A stretch of 64,000 nt of DNA from the NCBI GenBank assembly GCA_050015075.1, contig JBEKCB010000009.1, positions 32,001 to 96,000 on the forward strand, in the 5' to 3' direction. The translations under genes and the position numbers were made by a program. This DNA is from Candidatus Brocadiia bacterium. Lineage in GTDB: Bacteria; Planctomycetota; Brocadiia; CAIUPP01. The notes below the pieces were generated by a model. That model saw only the letters and a program-made list of their open reading frames with translations. It was not told where the DNA came from and ran no database searches. Of this stretch, positions 28,562 to 37,296 are shown in pieces; position 1 is the first letter of the stretch; each line of letters begins with the position of its first letter.

Positions 28562-29428
28562 ATGAAGCGGATACTCATCCTGCTGCATGAGCACTTCAAA
28601 CACGAACAGTATCTTATCTATCGTCTCCGCGAGGCGTGGCAGAAACAGGGGCTGCACGTATCATGTGTTTACGGCATTAGAGACCGGCCCGAGGCAGACC
28701 TGCTGATTCCGCACGTTGATCTGACGCGAACACCTCCCGAATACATCGAGTACATCCGATCCTATCCCAACGCCGTCAACCGCAATGTGGTGGATATCTC
28801 CAAGCGCAGGATCAGCGCGAACCTGCTTCGCGGTGACGAGGACTTCCGCGGGCCGGTCATTGTGAAGACCGACAACAACTCGGAAGGCGGCTCGGAGGAG
28901 TTCCTGTACCGATGCCGGCATCCCCATCTCGCGTGGCTCCGGGGGAAAGCGAGCGCGGTCCAGGCGCATCTGGCCGGGCATCGTTCCACGGCGCGGAGTG
29001 GTCTGCACGAATATCCTGTCTACAGCAGCCTGGCGGAGGTTCCCGCCGGCGTGTTCAGAAACCGGGCGCTCGTGGTGGAGAAGTTCCTTCCGGAGAGAGA
29101 GGGCGATCGCTACTTCGTGCGTGTGTACGTTTGCCTGGGCAGTCACACACAAAGCATCCGCATCGCCGACTCGAAGCCCTTCGTGAAAAGGCCCGCGGCT
29201 CGGCAGGTGGACGAAGGACTTGAGGTTCCCGAGCCGGTGCTGGACCTGCGCCGCCGGATCGGCTTGGATTATGGCAAAATTGATTACACGATTCATGAGG
29301 GGCAGGTCGCCATCCTGGACGTGAGCCTCACGCCGGGGTGGTCTGCCGGGACTGAGCTGACGGCGCGCACAGTCGGCATCCTGGCGGGCGGCATCTGGTC
29401 GCTGCTGCCGAACCAGGGAAATACTTGA
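28562..29428 (+). CDS. Hypothetical protein with ATP-grasp-like features
   Basis: DISKR, PVIVKTDNN, VVEKFLPE, GLDYGKIDY, ILDV. Confidence 0.7.
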   Translation: MKRILILLHEHFKHEQYLIYRLREAWQKQGLHVSCVYGIRDRPEADLLIPHVDLTRTPPEYIEYIRSYPNAVNRNVVDISKRRISANLLRGDEDFRGPVIVKTDNNSEGGSEEFLYRCRHPHLAWLRGKASAVQAHLAGHRSTARSGLHEYPVYSSLAEVPAGVFRNRALVVEKFLPEREGDRYFVRVYVCLGSHTQSIRIADSKPFVKRPAARQVDEGLEVPEPVLDLRRRIGLDYGKIDYTIHEGQVAILDVSLTPGWSAGTELTARTVGILAGGIWSLLPNQGNT

Positions 29429-29500
29429 CGCATGCGACCTGTTCAGGACGGAGCGCGTTTGGACAAGACCGCAGGGATGATGCTCGCGCCCTTCCCTCAA

Positions 29501-29611
29501 GGTCATTCGGCTCGCTTGCCTCCCGGAAATGTCGGCCGAAGGCCATGAGCCGTTCGACGTTGCTAGCGGCCCTGAGTCCATCGAAGGGCGAACGAAGCGA
29601 GTTGAATGGCC
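29501..29611. repeat. Nested REP-like hairpin abutting repeat copy C
   Basis: GGTCATTCGGCTCGCTT...AAGCGAGTTGAATGGCC arms enclosing GCCCTGAGTCCATCGAAGGGC. Confidence 0.65.
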
Positions 29612-29741
29612 GGCCAAATAGGTCGGTTGACAAACCGCTCGGGCTCCTCTTTCCAATCATGCGTGCGAGGGGTGCGCGTGCGCGTATCGTTTTACAGAAC
29701 AGCCGGGAAAAACTTGAAAACAGGCTCTTTGAGAGTACAAT
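29606..29741 (+). repeat. Promoter-bearing repeat, copy C
   Basis: 54-bp core; TTGAAA-16-TACAAT. Confidence 0.85.
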
Positions 29742-29828
29742 GTTATCGGAGCGATCGGCAGTCTAAGAGGGAAACGCCGTTGGAAGTCGGGCGGGGAAAG
29801 CGACAATAGGTGATGTCCCAAATTAGTA

Positions 29829-30311
29829 ATGACAATACTTATGAAAACATCGTGCAATATCGCCAGGCCTGATTTTATCTTGCAGGTTGAAGCGATCGAG
29901 CCATCGAACACTGGTTTTCTTAAAAACCGGCCGTGTCGGCTAATACTTGCAGATGGGAAAGCTGTTGAACGTGCGATTTGCGTGGAAGATCATCGTGGAT
30001 TCTCAGGCAAGTGGTGGATCCACCCGGAATGCGTCGCAAGGATTGAGGCGTCACGAGAGAGGATGCCGGCGAACCTCGCATCCAAGTTGTACGTCGCAGG
30101 CGAATCAGGAATGGGTTACCAGATATTCAAAGTTAAAATGAGAGACGGCACATCCTATCCGTTCCTTACCGGGAACATCGTTGATTTTCCGGATTTCCCT
30201 GAGGGATACAGCACGGATGATGTCGTGGAAGTATACCCGCACGAAGGAAGATACGAATTCGGCCTGAGGCGGAGCCGGAGTTTCAAGTGGTGTTTCTATG
30301 TTAAAGAATGA
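29829..30311 (+). CDS. Hypothetical protein, lower GC
   Basis: 160-aa ORF downstream of the copy C promoter; AGESGMGY..FLTGNIVDF..PHEG. Confidence 0.7.
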   Translation: MTILMKTSCNIARPDFILQVEAIEPSNTGFLKNRPCRLILADGKAVERAICVEDHRGFSGKWWIHPECVARIEASRERMPANLASKLYVAGESGMGYQIFKVKMRDGTSYPFLTGNIVDFPDFPEGYSTDDVVEVYPHEGRYEFGLRRSRSFKWCFYVKE

Positions 30312-30357
30312 ATCTCCTGCGGAATTCGGCGGACACCATAGGCAACTACGGATGAAC

Positions 30358-30455
30358 TCCCAACACCCAACATCGAACGTCCAACGCCCAGGTACTCGCG
30401 CAATCCGAGCCGCCGACTTGGACGTTGGGCGTTCGGCGTTGGATGTTGAGCGTTG
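30358..30455. repeat. Inverted heptamer element (CAACRYC / GRYGTTG arms)
   Basis: caacacc caacatc gaacgtc caacgcc...gacgttg ggcgttc ggcgttg gatgttg agcgttg. Confidence 0.85.
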
Positions 30456-30800
30456 ATCCGTTCATGCCTGAGCATCCGGGACCTGAACCTGGGGTGATTC
30501 AGGAACAATATAACATTCGAACAACCGGAATTGCCAGCCGGGAAGTCGCCTGAAACAGCGTCCCGACGGCTGCGGTATCTCTGGCGCATCGCAGCGCCAG
30601 GGAGCCAGACCGCGGCGGCGCCGCTGCTCGCGGTGATAGGGAGAGACACCGAACCGACAGATCGGGTCGCAAACTTGGATGATTTGGACTATACTCCCAT
30701 GCATTCCGTTTAGAGGCACATCGAGGGAAGTTGGCGCCTTCGGCACATGCGGGATCGTGACATGAACATGGCTGGTCAAAATGAGTGACAGGAGACTGCG

Positions 30801-32411
30801 ATGATGATTCGCTCGGCGCGCTGCAAGGCGTTTTGCGTTTTCGTCCTGGCGGCTGGAACGCTCCTATGGGCGGGCCAGTCTTTTGCCGCGGTGCGGTTGG
30901 CGCGGCTCTTCGGCGACGGGATGGTGCTGCAGCGCGAGATGCCCGTGCCGGTCTGGGGTTTTGCGAAGGCGGGCGAGAACGTGACGGTCCGCTTCGGTGG
31001 CCAGGAGAAGTCGGCGACGGCCGACGCGAGCGGCAAGTGGATGGTCCGCCTCGACGCGATGCCCGCAAGCGCGTCGCCGCGCGAGATGACCGTCGCGGGC
31101 GAGAACACACTGACGCTCAAGGACGTGCTCGTCGGCGAAGTGTGGCTCTGCGGCGGCCAGTCGAATATGGAGATGACGGTCAACAACAGCTTGAACTTCG
31201 ACGCCGAGAAAGCCGCCGCGACCAATTCCGCCATCCGCCAGGTCAAGGTCCCCCGCAGCGTAGCCGCCGCGCCGAGGGACGACCTGAGCGATTCGCCCGG
31301 CAATTGGGTCGTCTGCGCTCCGGCGACCGTCGGGCAATTCACCGCGGCGGGCTACTTCTTCGCGCGCGAGATCGCGAAGGCGCTCGACGTGCCCGTCGGC
31401 CTGATCAACGATTGCTGGGGCGGCACGTCCATCGAGCCGTGGACGCCGGCGGAGGGATTCCGGCTGGCGACATCCGATCCGCAGATGCGAGACATCAGCC
31501 GCCTGGTGGATTCGTGGAACCCGACGACCGACGCCGGCCAGGAGGCATACCGCCGGTATCTCGCGCAGGTCAAGGAATGGCTTCCCGCGGCCGAGGCGGC
31601 GGTCGAGGCGAAGCGCGTCCCGCCGCCCGCCCCGAAAACGCCGGAGCCTGCGCCGAACAACGGCCAGCCGACGTACCTCTTCAACGCCATGATCGCGCCG
31701 GTGATCCCCTGCGCGATCCGCGGCGCGATCTGGTACCAGGGCGAGGCCAACGGCGCCGAGGGCATGGTCTATTTCCACAAGATGAAAGCCCTCGTCGGCG
31801 GCTGGCGCCAGCTCTGGGGCCAAGGCGATTTCCCGTTCTACTACGTCCAGCTCCCCGGCTGGCAGCGGTCCGACCCGGCCAAGCCCGCCGGCGGCGACGG
31901 CTGGGCGCACCTGCGCGAAGCCCAGCTCCGGTTCCTCGCCTTCCCCAACACCGGCATGGCGGTGGCGATTGACCTCGGCGAGGCCGACGAAATTCACCCC
32001 AAGGACAAACAGGACGTGGGCAAGCGCCTGGCGCTCTGCGCGCTAGGCGGGACTTATGGAAAGAAGATCGCCTTCAGCGGCCCGCTCTGCAAGAGCGTCG
32101 CCGTCGAAGGAGACAAAATTCGGATCGCCTTCGACCACGCCGGTGGCGGGCTGATCGCCGGCGAGAAGAAGGGGCTGGCGCCGGTCCAGGAAGCCAAGGA
32201 CGGCAAGCTGAAATGGTTCGCGATCGCCGGCAAGGACAAAGTCTGGTACTGGGCGGATGCCGTCATTGACGGGCAGACCGTCCTCGTCAGCAGCGACAAA
32301 GTCCCCGAGCCGGTCGCCGTCCGCTACGCATTCGCCATGAATCCCGAAGGCGCGAACCTCTACAACAAAGAAGGCCTGCCCGCCTCGCCGTTCAGGACGG
32401 ATAGTTGGTGA
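30801..32411 (+). CDS. Sialate O-acetylesterase (SASA/SGNH) family, secreted
   Basis: GEVWLCGGQSNM, WGGTSIE, IWYQGE, DEIHP, GLPASPFRTD. Confidence 0.92.
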   Translation: MMIRSARCKAFCVFVLAAGTLLWAGQSFAAVRLARLFGDGMVLQREMPVPVWGFAKAGENVTVRFGGQEKSATADASGKWMVRLDAMPASASPREMTVAGENTLTLKDVLVGEVWLCGGQSNMEMTVNNSLNFDAEKAAATNSAIRQVKVPRSVAAAPRDDLSDSPGNWVVCAPATVGQFTAAGYFFAREIAKALDVPVGLINDCWGGTSIEPWTPAEGFRLATSDPQMRDISRLVDSWNPTTDAGQEAYRRYLAQVKEWLPAAEAAVEAKRVPPPAPKTPEPAPNNGQPTYLFNAMIAPVIPCAIRGAIWYQGEANGAEGMVYFHKMKALVGGWRQLWGQGDFPFYYVQLPGWQRSDPAKPAGGDGWAHLREAQLRFLAFPNTGMAVAIDLGEADEIHPKDKQDVGKRLALCALGGTYGKKIAFSGPLCKSVAVEGDKIRIAFDHAGGGLIAGEKKGLAPVQEAKDGKLKWFAIAGKDKVWYWADAVIDGQTVLVSSDKVPEPVAVRYAFAMNPEGANLYNKEGLPASPFRTDSW

Positions 32412-32429
32412 AGTTGATCGCGACGCTCA

Positions 32430-32458
32430 TCGGCGGTCCGCGCTGCGCGGACCGCCGA
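32430..32458. terminator. GC-rich hairpin after the esterase gene
   Basis: TCGGCGGTCCGCG-CTG-CGCGGACCGCCGA perfect stem; no U-tract on the + strand. Confidence 0.45.
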
Positions 32459-32710
32459 GAAAATACTTGACAGCGACAACTCGACCGTTTAGTCTCAAGT
32501 ATGGAGGCGGACTGTCCGTGGGGAGGACAGTCGAGTGGGGAATCCCGGATTGCCGCAGAGCCGTCATGTCGGCGCGCGTGTACCGCGCTCGCAACCAGGC
32601 GGGGCTGCCGCTCCGATGCAGAGTTGAATCCGGACTGGCACCAGATTCAGGAGTTCGAAGGGGACGGAAGGTCGCGGCCTTTCACGAAAGGGGTCAAAGT
32701 GGGGAAGGAG

Positions 32711-33460
32711 ATGAGCCGCCGCGATTTCCTGACGTACTCTCTGGCGGCGGGCGCCGGCGCGGTTCTTTTCGGCGTGCCCGGAAGCCGCTCGGCGGTCGCC
32801 CAGTCGCCTGCCGCGGAAAAGGATAATGGTGGTTCCGTCGCACTGGCCCGTGATGAAAAGGAGAATGCCATGCCGTTCGCATTGCCGCCGCTGCCGTATG
32901 ACAAGGCCGCTCTCGCGCCGTACCTGAGCGCCGAGACGCTGGAGTATCATTACGGCAAGCATCACCAGGCGTACGTGAATAACCTCAACAAGCTGACCGA
33001 GGGCAAGCCGGAGGCGAAGCAGTCGCTGGAGAAGATCATCATGTCCGCCGCGCCCGGCGGTCTGTTCAATAACGCCGCGCAGGATTGGAACCACACGTTT
33101 TACTGGAACAGCATCAAGCCCAACGGCGGCGGCGAGCCGACCGGCAAATTGAGCGCGGCGATCGAGCGCGACTTCGAGTCGTTCGCGAAGTTCAAAGAGC
33201 AGTTGACCGCCGCGGCGGCGACGCTCTTCGGCTCGGGCTGGACCTGGCTGGCGCTCGACGGCGGCAAGCTGAAGATCGTGCAGACCAAGGACGCCGACCT
33301 GCCGATGAAGCACGACCAGGTCGCGCTGCTGACGATTGACGTGTGGGAACACGCCTACTACATTGACTACCGGAACGCGCGGCCGAAGTACATCGAGGCG
33401 TTCCTCGAGCACCTGGTCAACTGGGATTTCGCCGCAGCCAATCTCGCCAAGGCAAAGTGA
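32711..33460 (+). CDS. sodB: Fe/Mn superoxide dismutase with a Tat-like N-terminal extension; internal start at 32870
   Basis: HYGKHH, NNAAQ, WNH, DVWEHAYY (Fe-type signature); MSRRDFL twin-arginine motif. Confidence 0.9.
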   Translation: MSRRDFLTYSLAAGAGAVLFGVPGSRSAVAQSPAAEKDNGGSVALARDEKENAMPFALPPLPYDKAALAPYLSAETLEYHYGKHHQAYVNNLNKLTEGKPEAKQSLEKIIMSAAPGGLFNNAAQDWNHTFYWNSIKPNGGGEPTGKLSAAIERDFESFAKFKEQLTAAAATLFGSGWTWLALDGGKLKIVQTKDADLPMKHDQVALLTIDVWEHAYYIDYRNARPKYIEAFLEHLVNWDFAAANLAKAK

Positions 33461-33475
33461 TAGAACTGAACAAAC

Positions 33476-33509
33476 TAAGGACCTGGCCGCCTGAGCGGCC
33501 AGGTCCTTA
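33476..33509. terminator. Perfect hairpin between convergent genes
   Basis: TAAGGACCTGGCCGC-CTGA-GCGGCCAGGTCCTTA. Confidence 0.7.
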
Positions 33510-33511
33510 AT

Positions 33512-33551
33512 TAATCAGCATTCGGCATTCGGCAATCGCCAATCGGCAATC
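33512..33551. repeat. Heptamer tandem repeat (CAWTCGG), single arm
   Basis: cattcgg cattcgg caatcgc caatcgg caatc; same family as 7344. Confidence 0.8.
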
Positions 33552-33554
33552 CCG

Positions 33555-33785
33555 TTAGTGTCCGCATCCCGCGCAATTCGACCGCCGGCATCCGCCGCAC
33601 GAGGCGCCGGATGAAGCCTCGGACCTTCCGGCCGAACCGCTGCTCATGCCGAAGACGGAGAACTGCCGCTGCGTCTTGCGGCTGCGGCACTTCGGGCACG
33701 CGGGCGGTTTCACCTCGCCGCTCGACCGGAACAGTTCCTCGAACTCTTTCCCGCATGCGCTGCATTGGTATTCGTAAATCGGCAT
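33555..33785 (-). CDS. FmdB-family zinc-ribbon protein
   Basis: MPIYEYQCSACG..FE..CPKC, Cys-rich tail. Confidence 0.9.
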   Translation of the reverse strand: MPIYEYQCSACGKEFEELFRSSGEVKPPACPKCRSRKTQRQFSVFGMSSGSAGRSEASSGASCGGCRRSNCAGCGH

Positions 33786-33807
33786 CGGCGGCGTTCCCTG
33801 TAAAAAC

Positions 33808-34365
33808 CTATCGCGGCAGCACGCGCAGCGGGTCCACGAACTGATCGTTCTCCATGACGCGGAATTGAAGCTCCGCCCTGCTCGCGCCGCTCGAAGGACC
33901 GACGGTGGCGATCGCTTCGCCCTGCTTGACCCACGTCCCGTGCGTCACGAGGATCTCGCCCAGGCGCCCGTAATACGTCGCGCTGCCGTCCTCCTGCTCG
34001 AGCACGATCACCTTGCCGTACTCGGGCGTCTTCTCGAAGATGTTCACGCGCCCGCTCTTGGCCGCGACCACCGTCTGCCCGGCCGTGGCGCGGATGTCCA
34101 CGCCGGAACCGCTCTCCATGAACCGCGCAACGATTTCTCCCCGCAGCGGCCACACGAAGCGCGGCTCGGCCGGAATCGGGCCGCTGTATCCGGGATTGCG
34201 CACCGCCACCGGCGGCTTTGGCGTCGCGATCTCGACGGTTTCGGCGGGCGCGGGCGGCGTGATCGTGTAAGCGGCCGGCCGCACCGGTGCGGGCCTTACG
34301 CACCCGGCCGGAATCGCGGCCAGCAACAGGCCGGCGACTCCGGCGCACCGGCGCCACAGGCTCAT
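33808..34365 (-). CDS. M23/NlpD-EnvC-like lipoprotein with degenerate metal site
   Basis: Lipobox PAGC; WPLRGEI, GVDI, YGKVIV, VKQGEAIA, VDP; HxH position reads ELQF. Confidence 0.8.
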   Translation of the reverse strand: MSLWRRCAGVAGLLLAAIPAGCVRPAPVRPAAYTITPPAPAETVEIATPKPPVAVRNPGYSGPIPAEPRFVWPLRGEIVARFMESGSGVDIRATAGQTVVAAKSGRVNIFEKTPEYGKVIVLEQEDGSATYYGRLGEILVTHGTWVKQGEAIATVGPSSGASRAELQFRVMENDQFVDPLRVLPR

Positions 34366-34399
34366 GCTCACGGCTGATCCGCCCATCGTTATAAAATTA

Positions 34400-34474
34400 T
34401 GGAGCGGCGGAAGGGACTCGAACCCTCGACGTGCAGCTTGGGAAGCTGCCATTCTACCACTGAATTACCGCCGC
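34400..34474 (-). tRNA. tRNA-Gly (anticodon CCC)
   Basis: GCGGCGG acceptor stem, CTTCCCAAG anticodon region, GGTTCGAGTCC T-arm, CCA end. Confidence 0.96.
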
Positions 34475-34570
34475 CTCACTTGGCGCGAAAGCGTCGTCGC
34501 GCCGCAATGAATCCTCGGCGATTATATCGTCCGCCGTTCTCCTCCGTCAAGTTGCGCTCCCGCCGCCGCC

Positions 34571-34599
34571 TTGACAGGCCCGGCGCGGGAGACCATAAT
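34571..34599 (+). promoter_or_regulatory. Sigma70-type promoter for aroA'-aroB'
   Basis: TTGACA-17-CATAAT; divergent TTGACG-18-TATAAT for the tRNA at 34521-34550. Confidence 0.6.
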
Positions 34600-34656
34600 T
34601 CGGCAGGAAGGCGCGCCGCAGCAGCCCGCGCCGCGCGAGGTTTTGGAGGCCATAAG

Positions 34657-35460
34657 ATGATCGGCAAAACGATCCGGCTCGAACGCATCATTGACCGCAA
34701 TTCCGGCCGCACGGTCATCGTGCCGATGGACCACGGCATCACCCTGGGTCCGATCCGCGGGCTGGAGGACATGCGCACGACCGTCGAGCGGATCGTCGCC
34801 GGCGGCGCCAACGCGATCATCGAACACAAGGGCATCGTCGTCTCCGGGCATCGCGGCTCGGGAAGGGACATCGGGCTGATCGTCCACCTCTCGGCGAGCA
34901 CGTCGCTCAGCCCGGACCCGGACTCCAAAGTCGGCGTCACCGAGGTCGAGGAGGCGATCCGCATCGGCGCGGACGGCGTCTCCGTGCACGTGAACCTCGG
35001 CGCCTCGACGGAGATGGAGATGCTCCGCAACCTCGGCCGCACGGCGCGCAAGTGCAGCGACTGGGGCATTCCGCTCCTGGCGATGATGTACACGCGCGGC
35101 GAGAAAATCCAAAACCCGTTCGACGTCAAGTACGTCAAGCACGCCGCGCGCGTCGGCGCGGAACTCGGCGCGGACGTCGTCAAGGTCGTCTACACCGGCG
35201 CGGTCGAGAGCTTCCGCGAGGTCGTCGCCGGCTGCCCGGTGCCGGTCCTGATCGCCGGCGGCGAGAAGATGGAATCCGACGAGGAATTGCTCACGGTCGT
35301 CGCCGGCGCGCTCAAGGCCGGGTGCGCCGGCGTCAGCATCGGCCGCAACGTCTTCCAGCACCGGAACCCGATGCGGATGATCGAGGCGATCAGCGCGCTG
35401 GTGCACCGGAACAAGAGCGTCGCCGAGGGGCTCAGGATTCTCAAAAAAAGGCAGCAATGA
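34657..35460 (+). CDS. aroA': 2-amino-3,7-dideoxy-D-threo-hept-6-ulosonate (ADH) synthase, DhnA-type aldolase
   Basis: [38 protein letters not shown]; ATGA overlap with DHQ synthase II. Confidence 0.88.
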   Translation: MIGKTIRLERIIDRNSGRTVIVPMDHGITLGPIRGLEDMRTTVERIVAGGANAIIEHKGIVVSGHRGSGRDIGLIVHLSASTSLSPDPDSKVGVTEVEEAIRIGADGVSVHVNLGASTEMEMLRNLGRTARKCSDWGIPLLAMMYTRGEKIQNPFDVKYVKHAARVGAELGADVVKVVYTGAVESFREVVAGCPVPVLIAGGEKMESDEELLTVVAGALKAGCAGVSIGRNVFQHRNPMRMIEAISALVHRNKSVAEGLRILKKRQQ

Positions 35461-36449
35461 AAAAAGTCTGGGTGCAGATCATCCCGTGGGACAAGCCGCT
35501 CGCGCTCGCGGCGCTGGAGGGCGGCGCGGACGCGGTGGTGCTGGCCGCCGGCGACGCGCCGCGCATGCGCGAACTCGGCCGCATGACCGTCGTCGCGCCC
35601 GACGGCGACCTGCGCCCCGGCCGCGACCTGACGGAGATGGAGATCCGCTCGAAGGCCGACGAGCGCGCCGCCGCCGCCGCGCCGGGGAACCGCACGCTGC
35701 TGCTGCGCATGGCCGATTGGACGATCATCCCGCTGGAGAACCTCATCGCGCAGCGCGGCAACATCCTCGTCGAGGTCGCCGGCGCCGAGGCCGCGCGCAC
35801 CGCCGCCGGCATCCTGGAAAAAGGCGTGGACGGCGTCGTCCTCGCCGCGCGCGACCCGGAGGAAGTCCGCAGGACCATCCGGCTCGTCCGGGAGATCGGC
35901 GAGTCGCTCGCGCTCGAGACCGCCGCGGTCGTCGAAGTCCGCACGCTCGGCATGGGCGACCGCGTCTGCGTGGACACCTGCACGCAGATGGAGCCCGGCC
36001 AGGGAATGCTCGTCGGCAACACCACCGAGGGCTTCCTGCTCGTCCACAGCGAGAGCATCGAGAACCCGTACGTCGCCGCTCGGCCGTTCCGCGTCAACGC
36101 CGGCGCCGTGCACGCCTACGCGCTGTGCCCCGGCGGCCGGACGCGCTACCTGAGCGAGCTGAAGGCCGGCGACGAGGTCCTGATCGTGGACCACGCCGGC
36201 CGCACGCAGGTGGCCTACATCGGCCGCGCCAAAGTCGAGCGCCGACCGCTGATGCTCGTCCGGGCCGAACTCGCCGGAAAGGAAATCGCGCTCGTCCTCC
36301 AGAACGCCGAGACCATCCGCCTGACCGCGCCCGGCGGCAAGCCGATCAGCGTCGCCGCCCTCAAGCCCGGCGACCCGGTCCTCGCCCACCTCATGGGCGG
36401 CGCGCGCCATTTCGGCATGAAGGTCACCGAGACGCTGAGGGAGCGATGA
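35457..36449 (+). CDS. aroB': 3-dehydroquinate synthase II
   Basis: [45 protein letters not shown]. Confidence 0.93.
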   Translation: MKKVWVQIIPWDKPLALAALEGGADAVVLAAGDAPRMRELGRMTVVAPDGDLRPGRDLTEMEIRSKADERAAAAAPGNRTLLLRMADWTIIPLENLIAQRGNILVEVAGAEAARTAAGILEKGVDGVVLAARDPEEVRRTIRLVREIGESLALETAAVVEVRTLGMGDRVCVDTCTQMEPGQGMLVGNTTEGFLLVHSESIENPYVAARPFRVNAGAVHAYALCPGGRTRYLSELKAGDEVLIVDHAGRTQVAYIGRAKVERRPLMLVRAELAGKEIALVLQNAETIRLTAPGGKPISVAALKPGDPVLAHLMGGARHFGMKVTETLRER

Positions 36450-36474
36450 CCAAGCGTGGCCCGGCGCGCCGTAA

Positions 36475-36546
36475 ATCGTCCTCGTCCACGGCCTCGTCCT
36501 CGAACTGGTTCTAACGACCGAGGACGACGACGAGGCCGAGGACGAT
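36475..36546. repeat. GTCCTC/GAGGAC palindromic repeat element, copy 4
   Basis: atcgtcctcgtcc..TCGAACTGGTTCTAACGACCGAGGACGACG..gaggacgat. Confidence 0.88.
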
Positions 36547-36568
36547 CGGCAGGAACGCTCAAGGAGCA

Positions 36569-37204
36569 ATGAACGTGAAGAGGAAAGCCATCCGTCGTCC
36601 GGCGCGCAGCGCGCAGGAACTGCCCGCTTTCGACCCGGCGCCTTCGGCCAGGGCCGGCGTCGAGATTCTGGAACAGGCGGGTGTCGGCTATGCGCTCGTC
36701 GGCCGCGTGGCGGTGTGGCTTTATCTGCCGCCGGAGCAGCACGCCTATACGAAGGACGTGGATTTCGCAGTTTTCCACGACGACCTCGGCCGCATCGCCA
36801 GGGCGTCCGTCGCCAAGGGCTACCGTCTCAAGCCGCTCAGCATCGGAGGGTTCGCGGTCCGCGGCGGGCCGGTGACGGTGGATTTCGTTGATCGTCATCC
36901 GGAGCTCTCGAACCTGTTCGCCGGCGCCATCCGCGCCGCCCGCAGAAGCGGGCCCAGGTTCGCGGTGGGGAAATTGAAAGTGCCCGTGGTCCCGAAGAAC
37001 TACCTGGTCGCCATGAAGATCGCCACCATGGAGGACAAAGACGAACAAGACGCGGCGTCGCTCATCATGACCGTTTCGCCGGAGGGCTACCGCGCGCTGC
37101 GGTCGTTCGTCCGGCGGCAGCTCGGACCGCTGCTGGCCCTCCGCCTCGACGCGATCGCTCGAAGGGCGGGGCACGCCGGCGCCGTGCGGGCCGAGTACCG
37201 ATAG
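36569..37204 (+). CDS. Nucleotidyltransferase-fold protein (DUF6036/AbiEii-like)
   Basis: YALVGRVAV..TKDVDF..VDF..LVAMK..KDEQD. Confidence 0.7.
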   Translation: MNVKRKAIRRPARSAQELPAFDPAPSARAGVEILEQAGVGYALVGRVAVWLYLPPEQHAYTKDVDFAVFHDDLGRIARASVAKGYRLKPLSIGGFAVRGGPVTVDFVDRHPELSNLFAGAIRAARRSGPRFAVGKLKVPVVPKNYLVAMKIATMEDKDEQDAASLIMTVSPEGYRALRSFVRRQLGPLLALRLDAIARRAGHAGAVRAEYR

Positions 37205-37233
37205 CGCCGCATGCTCTTGGACCCGAAGCCGGT

Positions 37234-37263
37234 AATCCGTGGCCATCCGTGCAATCCGTGGCT
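37234..37263. repeat. 10-mer repeat, single arm (ATCCGTG x3)
   Basis: atccgtggcc atccgtgca atccgtggct; resembles the right arm at 16540-16568. Confidence 0.7.
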
Positions 37264-37296
37264 AAGGCGGCTTCTTTGTTTATATAAAGAGCAATA

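Noticed and set aside
34300-34474. Integrated element at tRNA-Gly
   Set aside because: No integrase and no duplicated tRNA 3' end seen in the window; neighbouring genes look host-like.
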